A stretch of DNA of 64,000 nucleotides from Meiothermus sp. (GCA_040290005.1 PSMF01000002.1:12542-76541); one strand, 5' to 3'. Shown: positions 20,241 through 29,581, counted from the stretch's first letter. Translations and numbers: made by a program. Notes: generated from the sequence alone by a model not told the origin.

Positions 20241-21215
20241 ATGCCGACATTGACCATGATTGGGGCCATCAACACGGCCCTCAGCGAAGAGATGAGCCGG
20301 GACGAAAGAGTTGTCCTGTTCGGCGAGGACGTGGGAAAGCGCGGCGGGGTCTTCCTCGCCACCGAGGGTTTGCAGCAGAAGTTCGGCCCCGACCGGGTTC
20401 TCGACTCTCCCCTCTCTGAAGCCGCGATTATCGGCGCGGCGGTGGGGATGGCCGCGCATGGATTGCGACCGGTGGCCGAGGTCCAGTTCGCCGACTACGT
20501 TTTCCCCGGTATAGACCAGCTTTTCTCGCAGGCCGCCAAGCTGCGCTACCGCAGCGGCGGGCAGTTTACCGCGCCGATGGTGGTGCGGATGCCCACCGGG
20601 GGCGGGGTGAAGGGCGGGCATCACCACTCGCAGAGCCCCGAGGCGCATTTCGCTCATACCGGCGGGCTCAAAGTGGTGGTCGTCTCCACCCCATACGACA
20701 CCAAGGGTTTGCTGAAAAGCGCCGTCCGCGACGACGATCCAGTGATCTTCATGGAGCCCAAGCGGCTCTACCGGGCGGTGAAGGAAGAGGTTCCCGAGGA
20801 CGATTACCTCATCCCCATCGGCAAAGCGGCCCTGCGCCGGGAGGGCACGGACATCACGCTGGTTTCCTACGGCGGGAGCATGGTGGAGACCCTGAAAGCC
20901 GCCGAGGAGATGGCTTCAGCAGGGATTAATCCCGAAGTGATTGACCTGCGCTCGGTGATGCCCTGGGACAAGGAAGCCGTGCTGAACTCGGTCGCTAAAA
21001 CCGGTCGCCTGCTGATGATTTCCGAGGCTCCGCATACCGCCAGCATCGCCAGCGAGGTCACGGCGACGGTTTCGGAGGAACTTTTTGACCAGTTGCTCGC
21101 GCCTGCCACCCGCGTCACCGGCTTCGACATCCCCTACCCCTACGCCCAGGACAAGCTCTATATGCCTACCGTGACGCGAATCCTGAACGCTGCCAAGCGG
21201 GTGTTAGATTATTAG
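20241..21215 (+). CDS. 2-oxo-acid dehydrogenase E1 beta subunit
   Basis: ATG at 20241 ([18 protein letters not shown]...) gives a transketolase-like pyrimidine-binding fold. The upstream part of the ORF is repeat-derived. Confidence 0.92.
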   Translation: MPTLTMIGAINTALSEEMSRDERVVLFGEDVGKRGGVFLATEGLQQKFGPDRVLDSPLSEAAIIGAAVGMAAHGLRPVAEVQFADYVFPGIDQLFSQAAKLRYRSGGQFTAPMVVRMPTGGGVKGGHHHSQSPEAHFAHTGGLKVVVVSTPYDTKGLLKSAVRDDDPVIFMEPKRLYRAVKEEVPEDDYLIPIGKAALRREGTDITLVSYGGSMVETLKAAEEMASAGINPEVIDLRSVMPWDKEAVLNSVAKTGRLLMISEAPHTASIASEVTATVSEELFDQLLAPATRVTGFDIPYPYAQDKLYMPTVTRILNAAKRVLDY

Positions 21216-21222
21216 GAGCGAT

Positions 21223-22683
21223 ATGCCCAAAGAAATCGTCCTGCCCGAACTCGCCGAATCCGTTGTAGAAGGCGAAATCCTCAAGTGGCTGGTGGAGGAA
21301 GGCCAGCCGCTCAAGAAGGACCAGCCCTTTGTTGAGGTGATGACCGATAAGGTCACAGTGGAGCTACCTAGCCCCTACGAAGGCGTGCTGCTGCAAAAGC
21401 TGGTGAAGGAGGGCGATGTGGTGGCGGTTCACGCGCCCATCGCCACCGTCGCCGAACCCGGCGAGGTCACCGGAACCATCAGCGACCGGAATCACGCCTC
21501 GCCCATCAGCGACAAGAACCCTGAGCCCGCTCCAGCACCCAATCTTCAAGCCCAAGAAGAACGCAGCATCGTGGAGCCCGGCAACATCGCCGAGGACGAC
21601 GGGGCGAACCTTTCCTTGTTCAAGCCGGACGGCAAACAGGAGCAGGTGAAGAACCCGTTCGCGGCTCGGGCCTCCTCCACCGCGGTCGCTGAGCCTCCTA
21701 AAGCGGCAACCAATCCTCATGGGCGCGTCATCGCCGTTCCCGCCGCGCGGAAGATGGCTCGAGACTTAGGTCTTGAAATCACCCAAATTCCGGGCAGCGG
21801 CCCCAACGGTCGGATTCGGGTAGACGACGTAAAAGCCTTCGCACAGAACCCCCAATCCGCCGCTCACCCCGTAGGGACGACAGGCCCGTCGTCCCTACAA
21901 ACTCCGCAGGCTAAAGCACCGACCCCTTCGGGCTTCCCTGCGCCAGTCCAGTACAAATCCCCTAAAGGCTACCAAACCCAGGAAGCCCGCGTCCCTCTGC
22001 GCGGTCTGCGACGGGCGATTGCGAACCAGATGATCGCCTCGCACCTCTATACGGTGCGCACCCTCAGCGTGGACGAGGCCGATTTGACCGACCTTGTGGC
22101 GATGCGCGGCAGGCTCAAACCTGCTGCCGAAGCACAGGGAGTCAAACTCTCGTATCTACCGTTCATCTTCAAGGCCCTCGCTATCGCGCTGAAGAAGTTC
22201 CCGGCTGTCAACTCCTCGATGGATGAGGCAAAACAAGAAATCGTGTTGAAGGGCTATTACAACATCGGCATGGCGGTGGCGACGGAGGCCGGTTTGGTCG
22301 TGCCGGTGATCAAGGACGTGGATAAGAAGTCCATCTTACAGATTGCTCGAGAAATCAATGAACTCGCGGAGAAAGCCAGAAACAACAAACTCGCCCCCGA
22401 GGACATGACCGGCTCCACCTTCAGCGTCACTAATATCGGCTCGATTGGTGCCTTATTCAGCTTCCCCATCATCAACGTCCCGGACGCAGCAATTCTCGGT
22501 GTACACAGCATTCAAAAGCGCCCGATGGTGATGGAAAACGACGAAATCAAAGTTCGGCAGATGATGTACCTGTCGCTCAGCTTCGACCACCGTTTGGTGG
22601 ACGGGGCGGAGGCAGCAATGTTCTGCAAAGAGGTCATTCGGCTGCTGGAAAAACCGGATTTGATTCTGCTTGAGGCGGTTTAG
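21223..22683 (+). CDS. dihydrolipoamide acyltransferase E2
   Basis: Lipoyl site 'VMTDKVTVELPSP', subunit-binding domain 'AVPAARKMARDLGLEITQIPGSGPNGRI', catalytic 'SLSFDHRLVDGAEAA'. Confidence 0.95.
   Translation: MPKEIVLPELAESVVEGEILKWLVEEGQPLKKDQPFVEVMTDKVTVELPSPYEGVLLQKLVKEGDVVAVHAPIATVAEPGEVTGTISDRNHASPISDKNPEPAPAPNLQAQEERSIVEPGNIAEDDGANLSLFKPDGKQEQVKNPFAARASSTAVAEPPKAATNPHGRVIAVPAARKMARDLGLEITQIPGSGPNGRIRVDDVKAFAQNPQSAAHPVGTTGPSSLQTPQAKAPTPSGFPAPVQYKSPKGYQTQEARVPLRGLRRAIANQMIASHLYTVRTLSVDEADLTDLVAMRGRLKPAAEAQGVKLSYLPFIFKALAIALKKFPAVNSSMDEAKQEIVLKGYYNIGMAVATEAGLVVPVIKDVDKKSILQIAREINELAEKARNNKLAPEDMTGSTFSVTNIGSIGALFSFPIINVPDAAILGVHSIQKRPMVMENDEIKVRQMMYLSLSFDHRLVDGAEAAMFCKEVIRLLEKPDLILLEAV
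21871..21898. repeat. REP-like 28-nt palindrome inside the E2 linker
   Basis: 'gtagggacgac aggccc gtcgtccctac' is a perfect 11-bp inverted repeat. It is translated as ..PVGTTGPSSLQ.. Confidence 0.85.
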
Positions 22684-22713
22684 TCTTACGTCGTACGTCC
22701 TACGTCTTACGCC
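22683..22713. repeat. heptad arm (word GTCNTAC), left bracket of the four-helix-bundle gene
   Basis: 'gtcttac gtcgtac gtcctac gtcttac gcc'. The arm starts in the last base of the E2 TAG. Confidence 0.9.
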
Positions 22714-22714
22714 T

Positions 22715-23092
22715 ATGGCTGAGCCCTACACGAGCTACTTCGGCTTTGAGAATCTCGAAGTGTATCAGCTCGGCCTCGAGTTCATAGCAGAGATTTACCA
22801 GCTCACCAAAAGGTTTCCTAAATCCGAGCAGTTCGGTTTGACCAATCAGATTCAGCGAGCCGCAGTTTCTGTCTGCCTGAACATTGCCGAGGGGCGGGGC
22901 CGAGATGGCGATAAGGACTTTGTGCGGTTTTTGGGTATAGCCCGTGGCTCGCTGTTTGAGGTGGTGAGCGGTTTATATGCGGCGATAAAGCTCGAGTACC
23001 TGTCCGAGGCCCAGATTCAGTCGCCCCTGGCGAACGCCAGCCGCATCAAGGCCAAACTCAACCCCCTAGCCAACGCGGTGAGCAAAGATTGA
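22715..23092 (+). CDS. four-helix-bundle protein (23S rRNA intervening-sequence protein / Avd-like family)
   Basis: 'FENLEVYQLGLEFIAEIYQLTKRFPKSEQFGLTNQIQRAAVSVCLNIAEGRGR...FLGIARGSLFEV' is the hallmark pattern. ATG at 22715. Confidence 0.85.
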   Translation: MAEPYTSYFGFENLEVYQLGLEFIAEIYQLTKRFPKSEQFGLTNQIQRAAVSVCLNIAEGRGRDGDKDFVRFLGIARGSLFEVVSGLYAAIKLEYLSEAQIQSPLANASRIKAKLNPLANAVSKD

Positions 23093-23123
23093 GCGTACGA
23101 CGTTAGACGTACGACGTACGACC
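23093..23123. repeat. heptad arm (word ACGTACG), right bracket of the four-helix-bundle gene
   Basis: 'gcgtacg acgttag acgtacg acgtacg acc' is the inverted complement of 22683-22713. It starts directly after the stop codon. Confidence 0.9.
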
Positions 23124-23141
23124 ACCCATAATAGGAGCGGT

Positions 23142-24533
23142 ATGGCGACTTACGACGTGATTGTGATCGGCACCGGCCCTGGCGGCTACCACGCGGCGAT
23201 CCGCGCCGCCCAGCTCGGCAAAAAGGTTCTGGCGGTGGAGGCGGAGTTCGTGGGCGGGGTCTGCCTAAACATCGGCTGCATCCCCACCAAAGCCCTGCTG
23301 CACGCGGCGGAGGAACTCGAGTCTACCCGTCACAGCTCGGACTTCGGCCTCGAGGTCAAGGAGGCCAAGCTCGATTTCAAGAAACTGGGCGGCTGGCGCG
23401 ACAGCGTGGTCAAAAAGCTCACCGGCGGCGTGGGGCAACTGTTCAAGGGCAACAAGATTGACCTCAAAACCGGTTTCGCCAAGTTCGTCGGGCCGAAGAC
23501 GATTGAGGTGAACGGCGAACGCATCGAGGGCAATACCTTTATCGTCGCCACCGGCTCCGAACCCAACACCTTGGCGGGGTTCGAGGTGGACGGGAAGGAC
23601 ATCATTGACTCGACGGGCGCCCTGCGCGTCGAGGACAAGTTCCCCAAGCGGATGCTGTGCATCGGCGGGGGGGCGATTGGCTTAGAGTTCGCCCAGGTCT
23701 ACAAGCGGATGGGCGCGGAGGTCACCGTTATCGAGTTCATGGGCCAAATCCTGCCCGCCGCCGACCCCGAGACTGCGAATCTGCTGGCGAAAGTTCTGAC
23801 CAAGCAAGGCATCAATATCCGCACCGGCATCAAGGGTGTGCGTCAGGAGCGTAAGAAAGACGGCATCCACGTTACGCTTGAGGACGTAAAGACGGCCAAG
23901 CAGGAAGAGATCGTGGTGGACAAGATTCTCGTCGCCACGGGCCGCCGCCCGCGCGGGAAGGGGCTGGGGCTCGAGGCCATCGGCGTAAAGGTGGACGAGC
24001 GCGGGTACATCCCCACCAACGAGAAGATGGAGACCGGCGTCCCCGGCATTTATGCCATCGGGGACGTAACCCGTCCGCCGCTGCTGGCCCACAAAGCCAT
24101 GAAAGAAGGCCTGATCGCCGCCGAGAACGCGAGCGGTGGCAATGCAGTAATGGATTACCAGGTTCCCAACGTGGTCTACACCTCGCCCGAGTGGGCCGCC
24201 GTGGGCATGACCGAGGAGGAAGCGACAAAGGCCGGGTATAAGGTGAAGGTGGGCAAGTTCCCGCTCTCGGCCTCGGGCCGAGCGATGACCCTGAATGCTA
24301 CCGATGGAATGATTAAGCTCATCGGGGACGCAGAAACTGACTTGCTTTTGGGGGCGCACATCTTCTCCCCGAACGCCTCGGACATGATCGCGGAGATGGC
24401 GCTGGGGCTCGAGATGGGAGCTACCGTGACGGATATTGGCCTCACCGTCCACGCCCACCCGACCCTGAGCGAGGGCATTATGGAAGCAGCAGAGAACCTG
24501 CACAAGATGGCGATTCACATCGCCAATCGGTAG
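23142..24533 (+). CDS. lpd: dihydrolipoyl dehydrogenase E3
   Basis: 'GGVCLNIGCIPTKALL' redox disulfide, FAD/NAD GxGxxG motifs, C-terminal 'HAHPTLSE'. Confidence 0.95.
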   Translation: MATYDVIVIGTGPGGYHAAIRAAQLGKKVLAVEAEFVGGVCLNIGCIPTKALLHAAEELESTRHSSDFGLEVKEAKLDFKKLGGWRDSVVKKLTGGVGQLFKGNKIDLKTGFAKFVGPKTIEVNGERIEGNTFIVATGSEPNTLAGFEVDGKDIIDSTGALRVEDKFPKRMLCIGGGAIGLEFAQVYKRMGAEVTVIEFMGQILPAADPETANLLAKVLTKQGINIRTGIKGVRQERKKDGIHVTLEDVKTAKQEEIVVDKILVATGRRPRGKGLGLEAIGVKVDERGYIPTNEKMETGVPGIYAIGDVTRPPLLAHKAMKEGLIAAENASGGNAVMDYQVPNVVYTSPEWAAVGMTEEEATKAGYKVKVGKFPLSASGRAMTLNATDGMIKLIGDAETDLLLGAHIFSPNASDMIAEMALGLEMGATVTDIGLTVHAHPTLSEGIMEAAENLHKMAIHIANR

Positions 24534-24543
24534 CAACAAAAGC

Positions 24544-24577
24544 AAAAGAGGTGGTGTAAAGCCACCTCTTCTCTTTT
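24544..24577. terminator. bidirectional intrinsic terminator between convergent lpd and the comZ-like gene
   Basis: 'aaaagaggtgg tgtaaag ccacctcttctctttt' is a stem flanked by an A-run and a T-run. Confidence 0.7.
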
Positions 24578-24584
24578 ACAGAGT

Positions 24585-26441
24585 CTATTGTTGCTCGAAC
24601 TGACGTACGAACAGCTCTTGTTTGAGGTAAACGAAGCGCGGGGACAGCGGAGGTAAGTTGGCAGCATTGTTGAAGCGGGTTTCGTAGCTCCAAACGCGGC
24701 GGGGGGGCGTGTAGAACGGATTTTGATTAATCCAGGTTCCGTTTACATGAAGGGGGACACCCAAGCTTACAAATGAACCTTGATAAGTAAACGTTTGGCG
24801 CGACCAGTTTTCATGAAACCGAGGATAGTTTTCTACTCCACCGTTATAGATGCTTTGGCTTTGATTAAGTTTGGTCCCTTCGCTCCCACCCGTTGAGTCT
24901 GTACCTGATAGGAAGGCCGAGTATATCGAGGTAGGGGAAGCGCTGGGTTGTTGGTTGATCTGCGATGGGGTTCCCTCAAGCGTGTTATCCCAAGCGTTGG
25001 ACAAAACATTGATTGAGTCCGCCATAATCGCGGCAGGCTTCCAGTTGTTGGTGTTGTAATCGCCTTGAATGTACGCGGCTTGGTCGGTCACTAGGGTCAA
25101 GCCTCTGATCTGGGTCGAACCTGAAGAAGGGCCTAAAGTTGCGCCATTGCGTATACGAACTCCATAGTTGTTAATGCCAGCCTTGTTTGGGCCGTCCACT
25201 GAAAGGTGCCAGACCAACCCACCATTAGTAGTATCGTCGAGCGCCTTGCCACCATCCAGGATTTGACCGGGATTATTCCGGATGCAGTCCATTACTGCCT
25301 GTTCGTCTACCTCGAGCATCTGGATGTTAACAGCGGTCCCTCTGGTAGCCGTCTCGCGGTTGTTACGAAACCGGTTGGTGAAGCCTACAGCTTTATTACC
25401 GGGCATAGCCGTCCTACCTGAGGTGGTGCTAGGACAGTTATTGAGAAGCGTGGTTGCGTTGGTGTTTACACTGTTATCCTGGTTGCGCACCTCGACCTTG
25501 CCGGTAGCGATGTTAAGCACCAGCCGCAAATCGGCGTTATCCCAGTACATAGCGCCCGGTGTTGGAGCGAAGGTCTCAGGCGTAGGGACCGTCACCCTAT
25601 CCACCCTGATCTTAATACTTCCATTAAATGGGCTCAAATCGCTGGCCTGAAGCGCGTTTTGGTTTGAGCAGGGCGAGCCTCCATAAGTAAGCTGTCGGAG
25701 TGTACTGGGGTCGGCCACACGAACCGGATTATTCTGGTCACACCCGATTTGATATTTCCTCCCTAGGTATAGGTCTCCTGCGGTAGTCACACGGCCCTGG
25801 ATATCTAAGGAGTTACCTGCCGACAAGAAAAGGTTGCCGTTGGTGTGAACCGGCCCCGTAAGGGTCATGGGGGGCGAGGGGGCAAACTCTAAATCCTTGT
25901 TGTAAAAGATGGCGAACTGGAACAGAGGCACCAGACGGCTTTTGAATCGCATTTGCAGGATGGCCTCGGTCTCATTCTTGCTGTTTTGAGCTTTGGAATA
26001 TAAATCGTAACGATACTCCTGGGCACTCAGCCCTGCGTATGTATCCGGCGGTGGGATTGGGTCAACGGTCTGCAATCCCAGGTATTGCACGTAGGTGGCT
26101 GCGTTACGGCCCTGTAAAGAATAGCCTTTGCATTGAAAGTCTCCAGTGCCCACAGAACCAATAAAATTGCCGTTAGCATCGGTGAGGCAGGCCTGGCTCG
26201 GGTTGGCCGCGGTGGGGCTCGTTCCGGTAGGAACATTGTACCCTTGGAACTTTGCTCGGACTTCTTGAGCCCGCAGGTTCAGCCCTGCCTCTGCAGCATA
26301 AAAGCCTTTAGTGCTGTTGGCGCTCTGACTGGTGGTGGAGATTTCGAGGTTGGTGATTACGAAGTAGGAAGCCAGCAGCACCCCCATCACCACCACCATC
26401 ATGAGAACTGTCGCTACCGCAAAACCACTGGGTCTATTCAT
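24585..26441 (-). CDS. comZ: large pilus-associated protein with PilX-like N-terminus (ComZ-like competence protein)
   Basis: N-terminal hydrophobic helix 'FAVATVLMMVVVMGVLLASYFV', 618 aa. Positioned directly after three minor-pilin genes, as in the Thermus pilA1-3/comZ locus. Confidence 0.65.
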   Translation of the reverse strand: MNRPSGFAVATVLMMVVVMGVLLASYFVITNLEISTTSQSANSTKGFYAAEAGLNLRAQEVRAKFQGYNVPTGTSPTAANPSQACLTDANGNFIGSVGTGDFQCKGYSLQGRNAATYVQYLGLQTVDPIPPPDTYAGLSAQEYRYDLYSKAQNSKNETEAILQMRFKSRLVPLFQFAIFYNKDLEFAPSPPMTLTGPVHTNGNLFLSAGNSLDIQGRVTTAGDLYLGRKYQIGCDQNNPVRVADPSTLRQLTYGGSPCSNQNALQASDLSPFNGSIKIRVDRVTVPTPETFAPTPGAMYWDNADLRLVLNIATGKVEVRNQDNSVNTNATTLLNNCPSTTSGRTAMPGNKAVGFTNRFRNNRETATRGTAVNIQMLEVDEQAVMDCIRNNPGQILDGGKALDDTTNGGLVWHLSVDGPNKAGINNYGVRIRNGATLGPSSGSTQIRGLTLVTDQAAYIQGDYNTNNWKPAAIMADSINVLSNAWDNTLEGTPSQINQQPSASPTSIYSAFLSGTDSTGGSEGTKLNQSQSIYNGGVENYPRFHENWSRQTFTYQGSFVSLGVPLHVNGTWINQNPFYTPPRRVWSYETRFNNAANLPPLSPRFVYLKQELFVRQFEQQ

Positions 26442-26450
26442 GGTGGCACC

Positions 26451-27452
26451 TCACTGCGAAAGCATGTTTCTGGGAAAGAGCCTGTCGGATAGGCTACGGG
26501 TGACAGTTCGGCCTTGGACGGTCGCGGAGCCGGTCAGGGTGATATTCACGGCAGTTAGGTATTGCCATGCGACCAGGGTTGTTCCCTGCGTCGTCCAGGT
26601 GGTGGTGGGGCCTAAGGTGTCTAGAGTGGTGGTGGTGGTTACGCTGTTCTTTGTATAGGTTAGAGTGGCCTGAATCTGGAAATCGGATACCCGGTCAATG
26701 ATTTGGTCAGGGTTGGACACGACCCCATTTTTGACAACCTGAAGAATCCCGTTATTGACGCTATAGCGCTTTTCCTCGAGGAGATACACCACCGGTTGAT
26801 TTGCTCTGGGATAGGCGTATGTCAAGTTGACATTGTTTTTGGTGATCGCTGTGGGGGTCTCGCCGGTGTACGTGAAGAACTCCCCTTGTTTGAGCACCGG
26901 GTCCCAGATAAACGCCCTGGTCCCACCGGTCTGCGCCAGCCTATAGGTTCGCCAATCGTCTACGTTATCGGCGGTACCGTTGGGAGCCGTAGGGTTGGTA
27001 GGGCTACCGTTGTCCTTAAACACGCACTCAGCAGGGGTGGTGTTGGGAGAACCGGGGGCAAATGCTACGGTGATGCTCGTAGCATTGGTAGCCACATCAG
27101 CACAGACCGGAAGAATCGTATCGCTCAGATTTCGGCGGATAACCAGGGTTTCAGGAGTAGCGCCTGCGGCGTTGATGACCTCGAGCAGAGGTAAGGTTCC
27201 GCTGACGCTCAACCTCTCGCCTGCCTGGCGCACATCTGCGGCGAGAATATCCATTCCAGAGCGGAGATTTTGGTTGATGGCGGTACGGCTTTGGTCAATC
27301 TGGTAGATTCTTCGGTTGGAGATCACCAGTGAGAAGCTCGCTCCCAAAATGATTGCCAGAATGCCCATCGTAACCAAAAGCTCAATAATCGTCAGACCCT
27401 TAGGGCGTGATGACCGGCGCGTTGAGCTGCGTATAGGCTGTCTCGGCTGCAT
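26451..27452 (-). CDS. type IV minor pilin (PilW/PilA3-like)
   Basis: Prepilin cleavage/methylation motif 'KGLTIIELLVTMGILAIILG'. ATG at 27452 was chosen. The longer ORF to 27656 overlaps the upstream gene. Confidence 0.8.
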   Translation of the reverse strand: MQPRQPIRSSTRRSSRPKGLTIIELLVTMGILAIILGASFSLVISNRRIYQIDQSRTAINQNLRSGMDILAADVRQAGERLSVSGTLPLLEVINAAGATPETLVIRRNLSDTILPVCADVATNATSITVAFAPGSPNTTPAECVFKDNGSPTNPTAPNGTADNVDDWRTYRLAQTGGTRAFIWDPVLKQGEFFTYTGETPTAITKNNVNLTYAYPRANQPVVYLLEEKRYSVNNGILQVVKNGVVSNPDQIIDRVSDFQIQATLTYTKNSVTTTTTLDTLGPTTTWTTQGTTLVAWQYLTAVNITLTGSATVQGRTVTRSLSDRLFPRNMLSQ

Positions 27453-27795
27453 AAACCACCCCCCCTCCATAGATAATGTCCACACGGACAAATCGGCACG
27501 ATACCGTGCAAGAATTTGTCGCGTCTTCACGATAGGTGACGACATAGGTGAAGGTGCGACCACCTGCCGATATGGTTTGTGCTGGGTCAGACCCACTACG
27601 GGGCATGGTGTTTGGATCAACGGTCCTTTTCTCTTCCAAAACCCGTTGGGCAGCAATCACCGCTTGCGAGCGAACCTCCTGGTTATTATTGACATTGAAG
27701 TAACCTATGAATCCTGGGACTATAGCCGCCAGGGCGATCCCGAGAATCACCAGAGCCACGAGCGCTTCAATTAGGCTGAATCCAGAGGTCTTCAT
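27400..27795 (-). CDS. type IV minor pilin (PilV/PilA2-like)
   Basis: 'MKTSGFSLIEALVALVILGIALA' prepilin N-terminus. Confidence 0.85.
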   Translation of the reverse strand: MKTSGFSLIEALVALVILGIALAAIVPGFIGYFNVNNNQEVRSQAVIAAQRVLEEKRTVDPNTMPRSGSDPAQTISAGGRTFTYVVTYREDATNSCTVSCRFVRVDIIYGGGVVYAAETAYTQLNAPVITP

Positions 27796-28259
27796 TGCTG
27801 ACGCACCCCCCCTCCAAGCAGTACCTGCACGGAGCGCTGTTGGTTTTTATTGTCTATAAGGGCAATGGTGACACTGGCGGGATTGCCCGAGTTGTTGTAG
27901 GCAGCGCCCCGGCTGTTGAAGCAAACGCTGGTCCACGCGGTGCCGTTGAGCGTTACATTATCCGGCAGTTGTAGGGTCCTGACTGGATTATCATCGGTCC
28001 AAGTATTGCCCGAGTTGCAATTATTGGCGTATTGAAGCTTAAGCGTCGTGACCGAGGAAGGAACTGGAACCACGCGGTAGGCTCGAGTAGTAGCGATGGC
28101 TCTGAGCCGCGCTTGCTTGAGGAAGGACTCGAGTTGTGCAGCGCCGTTTTGTAGCGGCGCTCCTAAGGGACGGAAGTTGAGCGCCGCTATACCGATCAAG
28201 ACGGCAAGAATCGCTATCACAACCAACATTTCGATAAGGGTAAATCCGCGTTTGCTCAT
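27792..28259 (-). CDS. type IV minor pilin (GspH/FimT/PilA1-like)
   Basis: ATG at 28259 gives 'MSKRGFTLIEMLVVIAILAVLIGIA'. Confidence 0.85.
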   Translation of the reverse strand: MSKRGFTLIEMLVVIAILAVLIGIAALNFRPLGAPLQNGAAQLESFLKQARLRAIATTRAYRVVPVPSSVTTLKLQYANNCNSGNTWTDDNPVRTLQLPDNVTLNGTAWTSVCFNSRGAAYNNSGNPASVTIALIDNKNQQRSVQVLLGGGVRQQ

Positions 28260-28391
28260 ATATCCTTTTATAGCTTCCGCTCTTTGAGGTGCCTCAATGA
28301 TGGTAGTCATAAGGGATACGCCAAAGCAATCCCTCAATGGGGGTAGAACCCAGCCCCTTTTGGGGGTAGCCAGCGTGGTATAACTGGCCTG

Positions 28392-28937
28392 ATGCGAATC
28401 CGCGCCACCCTCAACGCCCTCTCAGTCCGGCTCGACGGCAACGAAACGCCCGAAATCCTCCGCAAAGCCCTAGCCGACCTCCCCGAGTCACCCTTGGAGG
28501 TCGAAGTCAGCGGCCCGGTGACGAAGGATGTCTTAGAGGCTCTCCTCGAGATCGGCCAGAACCGGGGGTTGCAACTGCGCCCTCAACGCGGCGAAAAACT
28601 CATCCCCTATACCGAAGTGATTGACCAAAATCTGCGGGCTGGGAGCCGGATCGAGTCTCCCGGAACGGTGGTGATCCTGGGAGATGTCAACCCTGGAGCG
28701 GAGATCATCGCGGCGGGAGATATCATCGTGGTGGGCAAGCTGCGGGGCTTAGCCCACGCCGGGGCCGACGGGCAGGAGGAGGCGGCCATCTGGGCGATGA
28801 GCCTAGAAGCCAAGCAGATTCGTATTGCGGGCATGGTGGCCCAAGCCCCCACCGAAGACAAAGGCGGGCGTGGCCCGGAGCGGGCCAGGGTGGTGGACGG
28901 GAGAATCGTGCTCGAGAGCTGGGGAAAGAAGCAATGA
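28392..28937 (+). CDS. minC: septum site-determining protein MinC
   Basis: C-terminal beta-helix 'GTVVILGDVNPGAEIIAAGDIIVVGKLRGLAHAG'. Confidence 0.85.
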   Translation: MRIRATLNALSVRLDGNETPEILRKALADLPESPLEVEVSGPVTKDVLEALLEIGQNRGLQLRPQRGEKLIPYTEVIDQNLRAGSRIESPGTVVILGDVNPGAEIIAAGDIIVVGKLRGLAHAGADGQEEAAIWAMSLEAKQIRIAGMVAQAPTEDKGGRGPERARVVDGRIVLESWGKKQ

Positions 28938-29093
28938 GCAACTAGCCATGAGCGATGAGCCAAAAACCAAAGGCCAAGGACTTTCTCTCCATAAGAGAGA
29001 ATCTCGAGTCCCTTTTTTACCGTCCCAGACATGAGCTTGTTTTTGGCTATCGGCGTTTTGCTCTTGCTCATCGCTCATTACTCATCACTCATG
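28931..29093. repeat. nested heptad-periodic inverted repeat (words GAGCNAT and CCAAAAG)
   Basis: 'gcaatgagcaactagccatgagcgatgagc caaaaaccaaaggccaagg' pairs with 'cttgtttttggctatcggcgttttg ctcttgctcatcgctcattactcatcactcatgg'. The minC TGA lies inside the first word. Confidence 0.88.
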
Positions 29094-29095
29094 GT

Positions 29096-29581
29096 TCAAA
29101 ACCGGATGCTCCCCGTGCTCTCACCATAGCGCCGGAGCACCAAGTCAATCACCCAGCCGGTCACCGCCACATAAAGCCAGATGGGGACCGTCCAGCGGGC
29201 CCAGGGCTTATGGACGTTGAAGCGTCCTTTGACCGCGTTGTAGATGAGCCAGACCACCAGCGGGCCGTTCACCGCCGCCAGCAGGGTGTGACTGACCAGC
29301 AGGGCATAATAGGCCCCTTTCCATTCCTCCGGGCCGACGTAGCGGGTCGTCCCGTACAGCCCCCACTTAAGCAGATAGAACACCAGGAATAAGGCTGCCA
29401 ATGCGGTGGCGGTGAGCATCATCCGGGGGTGCCAAACCCGGTCCCCACGGCGAATAAAGATGACTCCGATGATGACCGCCACCCCCGAAAGGGCGATGAG
29501 GGCGGCGGCGATGTCGCCGAGCGTCTGACCCATACTCTGCAATTCCTCCAGACTCAAGGGTACAAAATCCCCGCGGGGCAT
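29096..29581 (-). CDS. DUF420-type membrane protein
   Basis: 161 aa with 4 TM segments. 'HPRMMLTATALAALFLVFYL...LLVSHTLLAAVNGPLV' pattern. Confidence 0.75.
   Translation of the reverse strand: MPRGDFVPLSLEELQSMGQTLGDIAAALIALSGVAVIIGVIFIRRGDRVWHPRMMLTATALAALFLVFYLLKWGLYGTTRYVGPEEWKGAYYALLVSHTLLAAVNGPLVVWLIYNAVKGRFNVHKPWARWTVPIWLYVAVTGWVIDLVLRRYGESTGSIRF

Noticed and set aside
22715-23092. Avd-like four-helix-bundle gene as part of a diversity-generating retroelement
   Set aside because: There is no reverse transcriptase and no template/variable repeat pair nearby. The flanks are the E2 and E3 genes.
23682-24545. 287-aa minus-strand ORF
   Set aside because: It is antisense to lpd, which has unmistakable motifs. 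This is a high-GC artefact.
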